A stretch of 64,000 bases of DNA from the human T2T-CHM13v2.0 reference genome, Homo sapiens: NCBI RefSeq assembly GCF_009914755.1, contig NC_060932.1; one strand, 5' to 3'. Below are positions 37,909 to 50,799 of the stretch, piece after piece (within the stretch, counting starts at the first letter, position 1; each line of letters begins with the position of its first letter). The position numbers and the translations under genes were made by a program. The notes below the pieces were generated by a model that had not been told where the DNA came from, did not search any database, and worked only from the letters and a program-made list of their open reading frames with translations.

Positions 37909-38288
37909 TCACTTTCCCTTATTTTACTTTTCCTCTGAGTATGCACTTTATTTCCTTTATTTGTGAAAATTATAGGTTAAAATTTAGTAAATCAAAATCC
38001 TTGGCTGAGCCTTAATTTAGTAGGAGACATAGATGTCTATAAATTAAATCCAATGGAATAAAGTCTGTAGGAATAAAGTATTAAAAGCTCAGAGATTCAG
38101 TCTTTCTGTGTCCTTCCTGAATAACTGATTGACAAAGATTTCTCTTTTTTGCCAGCTAAAAAGTGTCAAAAAGTAAAAATAATCATTAATTTATTTGAAA
38201 ATATACTAAATTTATGGTATAATGCATCAACTAAATCCAATCACCACACTGGTTTAACAGACTAGATAAATTGTAGTCCAAATAATTA

Positions 38289-38735
<447 letters not shown>

Positions 38736-39254
38736 TTAATGTGTTTTATTTAGCAATGTAAAGAATATCCCAATCATAATGGCTTAAATTGTGTATGTGT
38801 GTGTATACATGTATGTACAGATAGACAGATGTAGACACATACCAAGAGAGAGAGCGGCCCCAGGGTTTTATCTATTCAACATTATCATCAGATTCCAGTC
38901 ACTGCCCATCTTTTCAGTCGTTGTTAGAGCCATCATTTATACTACCCAAAATTTCCTCATGTGAATTTAACTCATATCCACTCTAGTCTTTCATTCTGTA
39001 TCAGAGTTAATTTATCTCAATAGAATTCTCAGCTTCATCCTCTCCCCCTTCACTACCCACCACATTCTCTGTGTTTCACACACCTGGATGCTAAGTTAGA
39101 ATAGTTTTGGCTTAATGAAGTTTTACATTAAATTAAAGAAGACAGTTGTCAAAAACCATAAGACAATTATATAGCAAAAAAATACTTTTTCATATTTGTA
39201 AATGAAGGGGAAATTATCAAATATTTCCACTTCTCATTGCAATATAATATAGGA

Positions 39255-39628
39255 TGAGGCTTCTCTGTCTCCCTGGAGTTAGATGTGGTCATGTTACTCA
39301 AAATGTGAGGCTAAGTGATAAAGCCAACATGGGGCAAATTGGCCACTGCTTGATATTCAAAGGTAGCCCTTAATGTTCCAGTTGGTGACTGCTATATCAG
39401 AAGTGCCTCCTGGAGTGAGGGGGTTGGTGATGACCAATGACATGCTGCCATAACGACAGCCATCCCCCACCTCCGCACACACATACACATCAATGTAGCA
39501 TTAGCTTGGAACTGGGAAGGGAGCACTAGGGACACAGTTATCAGAGGCTAGAAGGAAAGGAAAGTGTTATATAAGCTTTAAGTAAAACTATATTTTACCA
39601 TACCTCAGACAGCAGACAATAAACATAA
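39255..39628 (+). mobile_element. MLT1 LTR remnant plus the start of MLT1 internal sequence
   Basis: 'ccctggagttagatgtggtcatgttact'; 'gctgccataac...atgtagcattagctt...gaggctagaagga'; continues after the L1 at about 45575. Confidence 0.5.
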
Positions 39629-41900
39629 ACTTTAATAAATGGAAATAACTGTGAAGTCGCATGCATTTGTAAAGAATAACAAGAGAAATCCTTTATACAT
39701 TTTACCCAGTTTCTTCCATCACAACATTTTGCAAACTTATAGCAAAATATCAAAATGAAGATATTGACAGATATAGAATATATTCATTTTATTCTGATTT
39801 CCCCAGTTTTACTCTTTTGTTTATGCATTCAATTCTTTACAATTTTATCACCTGCTTATGTTCCTATATCTACTCCCACAGTAAAGATACTGAACAATAC
39901 AATGTCATAAGAATCCCTTATGATGCTTTTTCATAATTACACTCACTCCCTTCAAACTCTCTTCCTCCAATCTCTAGCAATTACTAACCTGGCTTCTGTT
40001 TCTACAGTTTTGTCATTTCAAATGAAAATATATATGGAACCTATAAGAATTTTCACTCAAAATAATTCCCCAGAGATCCATCCAAACTGTTATGCATATC
40101 TATAGTTACATTTTGTTGCTAAGTAATATTCCATAATATGGATGTACCACAGTTTTTTTTGACCATTCATCTGTTCAAGGACATCAGGCTGGAAACAGAT
40201 TTTGACTATTACAAGTAAAGCTTCTATAAATGTACATATGCAGTATTTTCTACAAATGGAAGTTTTCATTTCTGCGGGATAAATGCCCCAGAGAGCATTT
40301 GCTAGGTCATATGTTGGTTGTATCTTCAGGTATTTTTTGTTTGTTTTAGAAACTACCAAATGTTTAGAATGATCCAGTATCTCTGCACACTTGCCAATGT
40401 TTAAAGGTGTCACCATTTTTTATCTTACACATTCTGAGTAGGCAGCCATCAATATGTAATTTGTATTTTAATTTGCATTTCCCAAATGAATAATAATGTT
40501 GAGCAATATTTTGTGACTTCATTTGTCATCTGTATGTCTTCTTTGATGAAACTACTGTTCATGTATTTTGTCCACTTTCAAATTATGTTTTTATAAAATT
40601 TGTTACTGTTAAGAATTGAAAATGTTTTATACATTTTAGGTATGTTGTTTGCAAACCTTTTCTCTCAAACTGTAGTTTATCTTTTCATATTTTTTCACAT
40701 GTACTTTTATGAAGTAAAAGTGTTTAATTTTGATAAGGCCCAATATTTCATTTTTTCTTTAATAGATTGTGCACTGAATGTCAAGTCTAAAAATTATTTG
40801 CCTAATTCTATATCCTTTAGATTTCCTCTTCTTTATTTCTAAATGCTTTATAGTTGTACTTTTTGTTTTACATTTTCTGTAATCTATTTTAAGTTTTGTC
40901 TAACTTCTGAGTTTTAGGTTCTCTTTTTTTCTTTTTACTTTTTATTTTTCCTACATAGAACCAATTGCCTCAGGCTATCCTTTCTCCATTAAATTGAATT
41001 TGTACTTTTGTCAAAAACAAGTTCAGCATATTTTTGTGGGTCTATTACCAGGTCTTCTGTTCCAGCAAACTGTGTGCCTATTCCTTTGCCAATATCACAT
41101 TTTACGTGATCACTATAGTTTTATAGTAAGCGTAATTACAATAGAATAATTTATTCTACTTTTTTTGTCAAGATTGTCTTAGCTATTATGGGGCCTTTGT
41201 GTTTCTATGTGAATTTTTAAATAAGTTTATCTATACCTATAAAAAATCTTGTTTAGATTTTGACAGAAATTGCACTAAATCTATAGATTAACTGTGCAGA
41301 ATTGAAATCTTAGTTATGTAGAGTCTTGTAATCCCTGATTATTGTGTCTGTCTCCATTTATTGTAAGTCTTTGATTTTTTCAATCAGCTTTCTGTAAGTT
41401 TCAGCATGTATGTTTTGCTAAGTGTATACTTAAGTAGTTAATTTTCTGCTGAGCAGTTGTGAATTCCATAGTGTTATTTTTACTTTCTACACAGCAGGTT
41501 CATTGTTAGAACATAAAAATGTGATTAATTGTTTTGTGGTTGATCTTGAATCCTGTGACCTAACTCAACTGACTGATTAGTTCTATGAAGTTTCGGTGGA
41601 TTCTTCAGAATTTCCTCTATAGACAATTATGCCATCTATAAATGGGACAACTTTTTTTTTCTATTTCAATTTGTATGTCCTGTATTTCCTCTTCTTGCTT
41701 TATATTACAAACTAGAACCAACTTCCAGGATGATGTTGAATCAACTTCATGAGAGTAAATATCTTGCCTTTGTCCCAATCTTAGGGGAAAATCATTGTCT
41801 TTCACCATTAAGTATGTTAGCTCTAGCGTTTTTGTAGATGCTCTGTAATCAAATTGAGGTAACTCTGCTCTACTCTTATTTCCCTAATAGTTGTATTATG

Positions 41901-42078
41901 TGATGTGTCAACGTGGGTTCATCAGTTGTAACAAATGTACCATTCTGGTGCATGATGCTGATAGTGGAAGAGGTTGTGCTTTCATGGGGACAGGAGATAT
42001 ACGTGAACTCTGTACTTTCCAAATCAATTTTGCTGTGAACCTAAATCAGCTCCAAAAATTAAGTTTATTAATTAAAAC
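41901..42078 (+). mobile_element. L1MD-type 3' terminal fragment nested antiparallel in the host L1
   Basis: 'tgtcaacgtgggttcatcagttgtaacaaatgtacc...gaactctgtactttcc...ttttgctgtgaacctaaa'; candidate degenerate TSD aatagttgtattatg / aagagttttgttatg. Confidence 0.75.
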
Positions 42079-43166
42079 AAGAGTTTTGTTATGAATTGCT
42101 GTTGGCTTTTGACAATTAATATGATCAAATGATTTTTCTTCTTTACCATGTTTAAATGATGGATTGTATTGACTGTTGTTCAGATGTTAAAACAGCCTTG
42201 CATCCCTGGAATAAATACTAATTGGCTATAGTGTATAATTCTTTTTACACATTTATCATTCAATTGGCTCATATTATATTCAAGACCTTTGTGTCTAAAG
42301 TCACAAGATATTGGTGTACAGTTCATTATTGTACTGTCTTTGTCTGATATTGTTATCAAGGTAATACTAGTCTCATAAAATGATTTGGGAAGTGTTCTTT
42401 CTTACACTTTCTGGAAAAAATTGCTCAATATTCATGGTGATTCTTTTTAATTTTTTTTACATTTTGCAAAATTATCTTTATAGAGCGTCTAAGACTGTCT
42501 ATTTCATCTTGGTTGAGTTTGGTGGCTTGTAGTCTTTGACGAGTCACTTCCTTTCTTCTAAGTTTTCAGATTTATGAGCATAAAATTGTTTGTAATATTT
42601 TCTTACAATCTTTTGAATGGATGCAAGATATGTAGTGATACACAATATTATTTTGATTCTTGGGAAATTGTATCTTCTCTTATTTTATTAGTCTTATTAA
42701 TTGTATTGATAAAATTAATAGAGGTTTATTAATTTTATTGATAAGCTAGCTGTTTTGTTTATTATTTTTATTGCTTCTTATTTTCAATTTCAGTGAGTTT
42801 GTTCCTATCTATATTTCCTTCATTATAGCTTTGAGTTTACGTTTCCATTCTTTGTCAAGTTTCCTGAGGTAGATACATAGGTTATTGATTTGAGACTTTT
42901 CCTCATTTTCAATGCAGGCATTCAGTGCTATAAGTTTTTCTCTCAATTGCTCTTTAACCAAGTCCCACAAATTTTGATATATTATGTTCTCATTCAGTAA
43001 TATATATTTTTAAAATTTCCTTTGAGACTTACTCTCTGGCCAGGGGAGTATCTAGAAGGGTGTTGTTTAATGTTTCCATGTTTAGAGATGTTTTTCTGTT
43101 TTCTTTATGTTATATATTTATAGTTTGATTCAATTATTGTAAGAGAGCTTACTCTGCAACATTTTA

Positions 43167-43842
43167 TTTATTTGTTTAAAAATGTACAATACATTTTTTG
43201 TTTATTTCAATAGGTTTCTATGGAACATGTAGTGTTTGGTTACATGAATACGTTCTTTTGTGGTGATTTATGAGATTTTGATGCACCCTATCACCTGAGC
43301 ATTATACACTGTACCCAATATGTAGTCTTTTATCCCTCACACTCTTCCCACACTTTCCCCTAAGTCCCCAGAGTACACCATATCATTCTTATGCCTTTGC
43401 ATACTCATAGCTTATCTTCCACCTATGAGTGAGAACATATGATGTTTGGTTTTCCATTCCTGAGTTATTTCACTTAGAATAATGGTCTCCAATTCCATCC
43501 AGGTTGCTACAAATGCCATTATTTTGTTCCTTTTTATGGCTAAGTAGTCTTCCATGGTGTGTGTGTGTATATATACATATATATATACATATATCACATT
43601 TTCTTTATTCACTCATCGATTGTTGGGCATTTGGACGGGTTCCATATTTGTGCAATTGAGAATTTTGCTGCTATAGACATGTGTGTGCAAATATCTTTTT
43701 CATATAATGACTTTTGTGTAATAACCTTGCGGTAGCTATGCAGGAGTGGAACTGCTGGATCAAATGGTAGATATACTTTTAGATCTTTAAGGAAACTCCA
43801 CACTGGTTTCCGTAGTGGTTGTACAACTTTACATTCTCATCA
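43167..43842 (-). mobile_element. L1PB-type 5'-truncated 3' end nested in the host L1
   Basis: 'ttggttacatgaatacgttcttttgtggtgatttatgagattttgatgcaccc'; ORF2 C-terminus ATWMELETIILSEITQEWKTKHHMFSL; TSD actctgcaacatttta / actgtgcatcatttta. Confidence 0.9.
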
Positions 43843-45574
43843 ACTGTGCATCATTTTAAATCTTTTAAAAATGTTTAGGTTTGTTTTATGGCCTAGAATA
43901 TTGTCTATCTTGATTAATTTTCCATAATTGTTTGAATAAAAAAGTGTATTTTGCTTTTGTTGAGTAGATTGTACTATATACACCAGTTAGACACTGTTGG
44001 TCGATTATGTTATTCAGACCTTCTACATATTTGCTAGTAGTTCTCTTGTTTTTGCGAGTGTGTTGAAGTCCCCAAATATAATTGTAGATTTGTCTATTTA
44101 TCTTTTCAACTCTATGAGATTGTTTATGTATTTCATGGTCTGTTGCTTTAGGAATATATATTTTGTGCACATATATTTATTATTATAAACTTTTCTGTTT
44201 GGAGTTTGCCCAACCTTTGGAATCTGTATGTTTGTTTATTTCACCAAAGCTGAAAGATTTGTACAAAATATTGTTTCAAATACTCTTTCATTCTCTTTTA
44301 ATTTCTCATTTTCTTATGGGACTCTGATGATATAAATACTGGATCTTAGTATCCCATAGATCCTTTAGGCTTTATTCGTTATTTTCTCTGTTGTGTTATT
44401 TCATCTTCATGGTTACTAATTGAATCCTCTGCCATTTGACCTTTATTCATGAATTCAGCCAGAGAAGATTGTTTTGCTTTGGTTTGGTTATTTATTTTTT
44501 TAGTTCAATAATTTCCATTTGTTATTTTTTAGATCTCAATTTCTTTCTTGATTTTTTTTCTATGTATTCTTATTTGTTGCAAAAGAATTTGTAATGGATT
44601 ATTCAAACACTATTTTGATGCCTCTCATTAATTTCTTATTAAATCTATTCAATATCTGATTTATCTCAGTGCTGGCATCCATTTATTTTTTTTGCCACTG
44701 AAGTTGCAATTTTCCTGAATTTTGATATATCTAATTATTTTGAATTGTATCCTGAACATTTTGCCTATTGTGGTAGGAGACTGTGGGTCTATTTATATAG
44801 TTTATTTAAGTCAGCATTCACCCTATTTAAGTTTAGCATGCGGGTCTTCACCTAACTCTGTGGGCTGTGTTTCAAAGGCAATTAAATTTACGGAGCTTCT
44901 TCACTGCTGTGTTGGCTTGCTTGGTTTGTCTGTTCCTTCTGCTGGGGCTCCCATTGATTACTGCTGATGTTGTCAAGGCCAATTTCTCCAGGTATCCCTT
45001 AGTGAGTGAGGACTGTTGTGGGATCTCCCATTTGGCATATCCTAGCTACCTCCATGACTTGGTTTCAGGAGGGTCTCAGGCTCCTAGGGAAAAGAAAGAT
45101 TGCTATGTCAGAGCACTTGCTGTGGCTGGGGATTGTTTCCAATTCCATCAGGCAGGCTGCCTACGTGTCTCTCAGTGGAAAAGATGAGCCTTAGACACAG
45201 CATGGAAAGAGACGAACTCTCCTGGCCACTTAATTCTGGCAAAGCTCCCACTCACTCACTCACTCTTCCCTTAGTGGTGGCGTGAGACTCACATGCTGTC
45301 AGAAGGACTCATGGTCAATCTGGCAGAAGAATAAGCCTACCTGGGCCACCTTCTCTTCTAAATTAGAGGGTCTGGAGTGGGGGGATCCTGCTGTTGTTAT
45401 CCTCTTCCCCTTCTCAAGTCTCAAAACAGCTTACATTCTTAGCACATTTTAGCCTTCTTCTTTAGTTTTCTCTTGTGCTATTTTTATAGCTATGCTTAGC
45501 AGAGAGGCAAGAAAAAAATGGGCTTATGCCTTGTTCAAAACAGGGTCTAAAACTGGAGTTTTAGTGTAGTTTCT

Positions 45575-45905
45575 TTCCTCATAAAGTATTAACTCTAGGG
45601 AAAAGAAATGAAATTAAAACATAATACAGTGTGATAGTTCCTATTGATCGTATTTGACAAGTTATTATAAGAAAAAGATGAGTTGAGAAAAGGCTTGGCT
45701 TGGCTTGAATCATGAAAAGGAAATAAAAGTAAACCAGAAATGTGAGGACTTGCAGAGTTGCAAGAGGTGACTGCTTCTCAACAAGAGCAATAAAATATAA
45801 AACTGAGAAAAGGCCTTTGGCTAGAACTAAATCAGTGCATGGCTCTCAAATATAGTGTAAAAACATCTGAGTGGAGAAATGAGTCTCAGAGTCAAGGGTA
45901 TTTTT
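45575..45905 (+). mobile_element. MLT1 internal sequence (continuation after the L1)
   Basis: 'aagaaaaagatgagttgagaaaagg...ccagaaatgtgaggacttgcagagttg...gactgcttctcaac...aaaactgagaaaaggc'. Confidence 0.6.
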
Positions 45906-46341
45906 TGGAGGAGGAGGGAAGTTATTTTTCCAATAAATCTCTAAGAACCTCACTATCTTTTGTTACTACAGCATGATTCAGTTCATCTAGTCGGGTATGC
46001 CATTGATGGTATGATGGATGGCTAGAAAAAATATACTATGAAAATTAGAACTTGAAATCTTCATCTATTTAATATTCATCATTTCACATTCCACTTTCCA
46101 AATTCAGCTTTCCCTCAGTAGTACAAAACCTATAGTCCATGGAGGAGTTGGAGTATGAATGTTTTTCTGGAGAGATGCAATGAATCATTTCAAAATGATA
46201 AACTTCATTTTTAATCTAGAAAGTGCTTCTTTTATGTTTTATTGGTGATCTTATATTCTATGGTATTCCATTTGATATCCTGCTATCTTTATTACTCTTC
46301 ATTCATGCCCAGCATCAATATATCAGAAAGCTCAAAAATAA

Positions 46342-46460
46342 ATAGTCTATAAGATAAATATATCTTATAGACTCTATATAAGACATATAAGAAATATATG
46401 ATATATTTATCTTATAGACTATATATACATATATATATATATGAGATATATGTATATACT
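46342..46460. repeat. AT-rich inverted repeat and (TA)n tract
   Basis: Perfect 23-bp inverted repeat at 46342-46364 and 46400-46422. Confidence 0.9.
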
Positions 46461-46599
46461 TCCATTTACATTGACTCCATCCTCAACATGCTAAGTGAAC
46501 CCTCCACACTATCAAACTATAATTCAAAACATTTCGGGATGGAATTCATGAGCCTTCATTTTTTTTTTTGACAACAAACTTTTAAAGTCATCTTGTCTC

Positions 46600-47000
46600 C
46601 CCATTCCTCTTACACGTGTCATGCCCTTAAGACAATCAAACTTCTTGATTTTTCCTAAGAAAATCTCATACTCTTTTCCCTTCACCATGTCTTTGTTTTA
46701 ATTGTTCCCTTGATCTGGAATTATCTGTCTTCATTCTATAGCACTGTCACCTGCTTACATCTCTAAATCTAGCTTCTTCCTCCAGGATTTCCTGGTCTGC
46801 ATCGCTGTAACCCACACAATGCTACCATGCATGCTTCCTCGAAAGGCCATAGGCAAGTTAAGCTCTATGTGCTTAAAACGTTCTTATACTACCTCCTAAA
46901 ATTTGTATTTCTTCAAGCAGAAATAATTCATTATTCCGCTCTCTTTTTCAAGTGGTCTTACTTAACCCTAAATAAATATTTATTGAATAAATAGAATTAA
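46600..47000 (+). mobile_element. L2 3' region (degenerate)
   Basis: 'ttgttcccttgatctggaatt...taagctctatgtg...aataaatatttattgaataaatagaat'. Confidence 0.55.
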
Positions 47001-47639
47001 ATTGGATTTCTCTCCTAATTTACTTAGGAAAATAACTTATTCATGGTGAGTTACTTATTCAGTAGTTGGGGCATTTCAGGGAAACACCATTTATTTCAAG
47101 GTGTTCCATAGTTTTTAAACTAGCATCTTGCTTTAAATTATTAGCAAAATTACCATTTATGCACTTGCATAACAAAAGCTATAAATATTAGCCACATGCC
47201 CTCTGACTTTTTCAGTAGCAGTAAAATTTTTCTATCAAGTATAAAATTGAAGAGACATAAAACATGCCAGCTGCCCACACTTCAACCTTTGAAGTTTTGA
47301 ATGAGAATCTCACAAGTAAGACCAGAAAACTAAATATTGGTTCTGCCCATAACAACAGCTTAAGTTAGCAACAGAATCATATTTTTCTCTATGACAATGC
47401 CAAAAGACACCAAGGGTGTCTCGTGGGAAACCATGGTATAAGAGAAACTACAGGCATATGAGAGGCAGTAATGTACAGAGGAAGGATCAACAGATTTGGT
47501 AATGGGCAAAACTGTGTTTAATATTCAGCTCTGTTGCTTATGAAAGGTCAATCTCCAGCAAGTAAATGAGGCCTCATGTCTGTCTCCAAATTCTATGTGC
47601 CCAACTGTGTGACCCAATAGCCTTCTATCGTCGTCATGC

Positions 47640-48097
47640 TGTATGAGTTAGTATAGTCCAAGTAACAGTAGCAAATAAGCCCAAAATTTTAGATGCTTAA
47701 AGAAGAAGAACTTGATTTATTTTTCATTTAATAGTCCAGGGAAGCTTCCAGCTCCTAAGAACTTATTCACAGATTGAGGTCAATAGCTGCTTTCCTACCT
47801 TCACCAAGTGGCTCCTAAGGTCATCCTGTCCATCAAACCTTCAGTCAGTTGGAATTGGAATTTAATGGAGGAGTACCATGCAAGATTTTGTTTTTATTTG
47901 TTTTGTTTTACTTTCATGGCCATAAAATAGCACAAATGATTTCCCTTCACATTGTTGCTGGAGAGGAGTAGTTAATGTACTACTGCAGGTAGCTACAGCT
48001 ACCTGCAAAGGAAGCTGGAGAATGTAAATGTAGCTGTGTGTCCAAGAAAAAAACAAATAAAGGAGACTTTGGTGGGCATCTAGTGGTCTCTGCCACA
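47640..48097 (-). mobile_element. MLT1J/K-like MaLR LTR
   Basis: 'ctgcaaaggaagctggagaatgta...ttggtgggcatctagtggtctctgccaca'. Confidence 0.7.
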
Positions 48098-48239
48098 ACA
48101 GGCTCATATGACATATTGAAGTTGCAAAGACAATGGAAAGATGGACTCAGGCCTCCAACCCTGACAATCTAGGGGACAATTGCTTAATAATCATTAAGTG
48201 TAATAATAAAATAATAGATAAAATATATTTACCTATTCG

Positions 48240-48617
48240 TTGTGTTCATGGCATTAGGCTTCGTGCTCACCCTAAACAACATTTCTCCATTCTCTTTGCA
48301 GTTGTCTCTGGCCATGTATGAGTTCTAGTCAAAAGAATGTGAGCATAAGCCCATGTCCTTTTAGGGACCATCATTTTAAGAAGCAGGTGTAGCTTTCCCA
48401 TGCATTTGCCCCCTCTGCCTGCTAGATGGAGAGGATTCCAAAGCCCTAGGTAGGCAGAACCACAGGATCCCAGAGTCATCATGGAGAGAACAGTGACCTG
48501 CTAATCAGAAAAAAAACAGCATTTTTGAGTTATTTAAAAAAGAAATAAACTTTTGTTAAGTAAACCACTGGCAGTTTTTACTTTATTTGATTTAATAGTT
48601 ATACTGAAAATAATGCA
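48240..48617 (+). mobile_element. MLT1J-like MaLR LTR
   Basis: 'ctttgcagttg...ggccatgtatgagttctagtcaaaagaatgtgagca...agaaataaacttttgttaagtaaaccactg'. Confidence 0.65.
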
Positions 48618-50389
48618 GTGCTAAATGAAAGTTATAATACATCAAAAATAATAGATCAACTATTATGAATACTGTTTAGCTTATTTTATTACATTATAGC
48701 TTGCATGTCAGAGATCCCAATAAGAATAAATTGCTTGAAATCTCACCTAGTAACTCTTCAAGATATTGATCATTCTTATTCCCATCATCTCATAGTCTAT
48801 GCCTCTCTAGCTCCATGCTTAACTTAAAACAAGCATTTAACTCCTTGAAATCTCACTGTCCTCTCCCTGCTATCTCTATCCCCTCAGAAATTTAAAGCTT
48901 TATGAAATAAGTTTGGTTTTTGCTTTTAATTCATTTCATTTTTAATTAAAATATTACTTATTTGATAACTAAGATACTGCACTAGGATACTGCACTAGGA
49001 TTAGGAATGCAACTATGATCAAAGAAACAAAGCTGGTTTTTCTTCTCATAGATCTTACAGATCTTACATTTCATTGACAGAGATGGAGATTCCTAAAAAA
49101 GTCATACACTCAAATACAGGAGCCAAAATGGGTGCTGCTATTGTCTCACATACCTTTACCAACATCTGGTCATAAGTCCCCTCTGAAATCCTGCAATTCA
49201 GCTCTTTTTCAAGCTAGTTCAAAATATAATGATAAAATTATCTAGTTTGGGCATATTAAATAACATGAACTTTAGGAAAACCCATCACAACTAATGACTT
49301 TCTACAAATTAATAAGTAATAAATTAGAGTATTGGATTCCAAAATGTACTTGGCTGACATATTTTAAGGGGAGCTGAGATGTCATTATTTATTTTGTTTC
49401 AAGGTTCATTATAATGGGAGTTTTTAACCATGGGATGAATCCTAAATAATAGCAGTCAGCAGCAGGGTAATTTGGTATGCATCTGAGATGTGTTGTTTCT
49501 TCTTGACAAGTCGCGTACTTATTGTAACAGTGTTTCTCGTGGCTTGTAAGTCTAGGGATAAAGCTAAGAGTATAAGTTGTAAAATGTATAAGGCTCCCTC
49601 TTATTTCCACCTGCTGGAATTCTATCTCATCAAAGCCCACATGTCTACTTCAAAGGTTTAATGCTCCTCAGGATGCTTCTTCATTTTAGGCAATTCTTTG
49701 TTGATGCTTTAGCCGTGGAAATATTCTCTATTATGTGATGATTCTTAATTCTACATCTGTCCCATCATGGCCAACAGGCAACATCCCCAGTCCAGGACCC
49801 CCACTGCTCAACATCAGTGTTCCTGCGATTCTTAGGCCAGTTTTCCTTTACTATCTCAACCTCTTACAAGTGTTGTCAGAACATTCAGCTTCAGAGGTGT
49901 ACATCTCACAGAAACTTGCATAGCTCTAAAATGCAGAAGCAGAGTACTTTCTCACAAAGGACATGAGACTAAAAAGCATGACACGTATAGGCTTCATTGT
50001 TTTGTTCCACTAATTGTAATCCCTTATCATCTTTCCAAGTCCTCTCGGTGCCTCCTCATGCCTAAGTGGCCCTTTTGAGAATAATTCCAACTTTTCCTAA
50101 AGTCTCAAAGTTTTTGATATGCATATCTAATTAACACAGCCTTTATTCTGCATTTATTTATGCTTTTGCTAAGAGGAAAAAACTTGGAGTGATATAAAAA
50201 CCTAAATGTGAAGATTTGCAACTTCTAAAAGCCAGAATACATGCAAGTATTTAAGTATTTTGCCAGCTCTTAAAATAAAAACTAAGTATTGTCAAAATTA
50301 TTCTTGAGAGATCCTTAATCACCAGTAAAGCTTTGACTTTCAATAGGACTTATCCAAGCAGAGTTTCTGCCAGCTTTGGAACAGATGCT

Positions 50390-50625
50390 TTTTTGAGAAC
50401 TGTACAATTATATTTTATTCAATATGTACTATGTTGCAGGTAATCTTCTAAGTATGTAATATTCATTAACTCACCTAACTTTCTGTATCATCCTGTGGGA
50501 AAATAGCATTTTATTCACATCTATGGATGAGAAAGCTGATGTAAGGAGGAATCCTCAAGGCCACAATGTTAATTAATTAAGGACAGAATTCAAACCCTCA
50601 ATTTTATTGGAGCTAAGTTCCATCT
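50390..50625 (-). mobile_element. MIR
   Basis: 'tactatgttgcagg...tatggatgagaaagctgatg...caaggccaca...cagaattcaaaccc'. Confidence 0.6.
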
Positions 50626-50799
50626 CTTTTCCTCGTACTTGTTCACAAAGACAGAAACAAAATAAATAATTACAATAAAAAGCCAATCATTTTCACTTTA
50701 TTGCTGAAATAACTGCTCATGGATTCAAATATACAGAGAATTCCTGGGGATAGGCAATACTTCCTGCATAGCATACACAGCATGCTGAAACCTTTCATC

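Larger units (their letters stand above)
39630..45560 (-). mobile_element. L1MC1/2-like LINE-1 (3' UTR through 5' region, internally deleted) with nested L1 insertions
   Basis: 3' end 'gtaaagaataacaagagaaatcctttatacatttacccagttt'; ORF2 remnants such as DNDFPLRLGQRQ and NNIIDQQCLTGVYSTIYSTKAKYTF. Confidence 0.85.

Noticed and set aside
48973-49000. Small tandem duplications (gatactgcactag x2; also ttgaacaggt x2 near 51293-51315)
   Set aside because: These are ordinary slippage duplications in decayed repeats.
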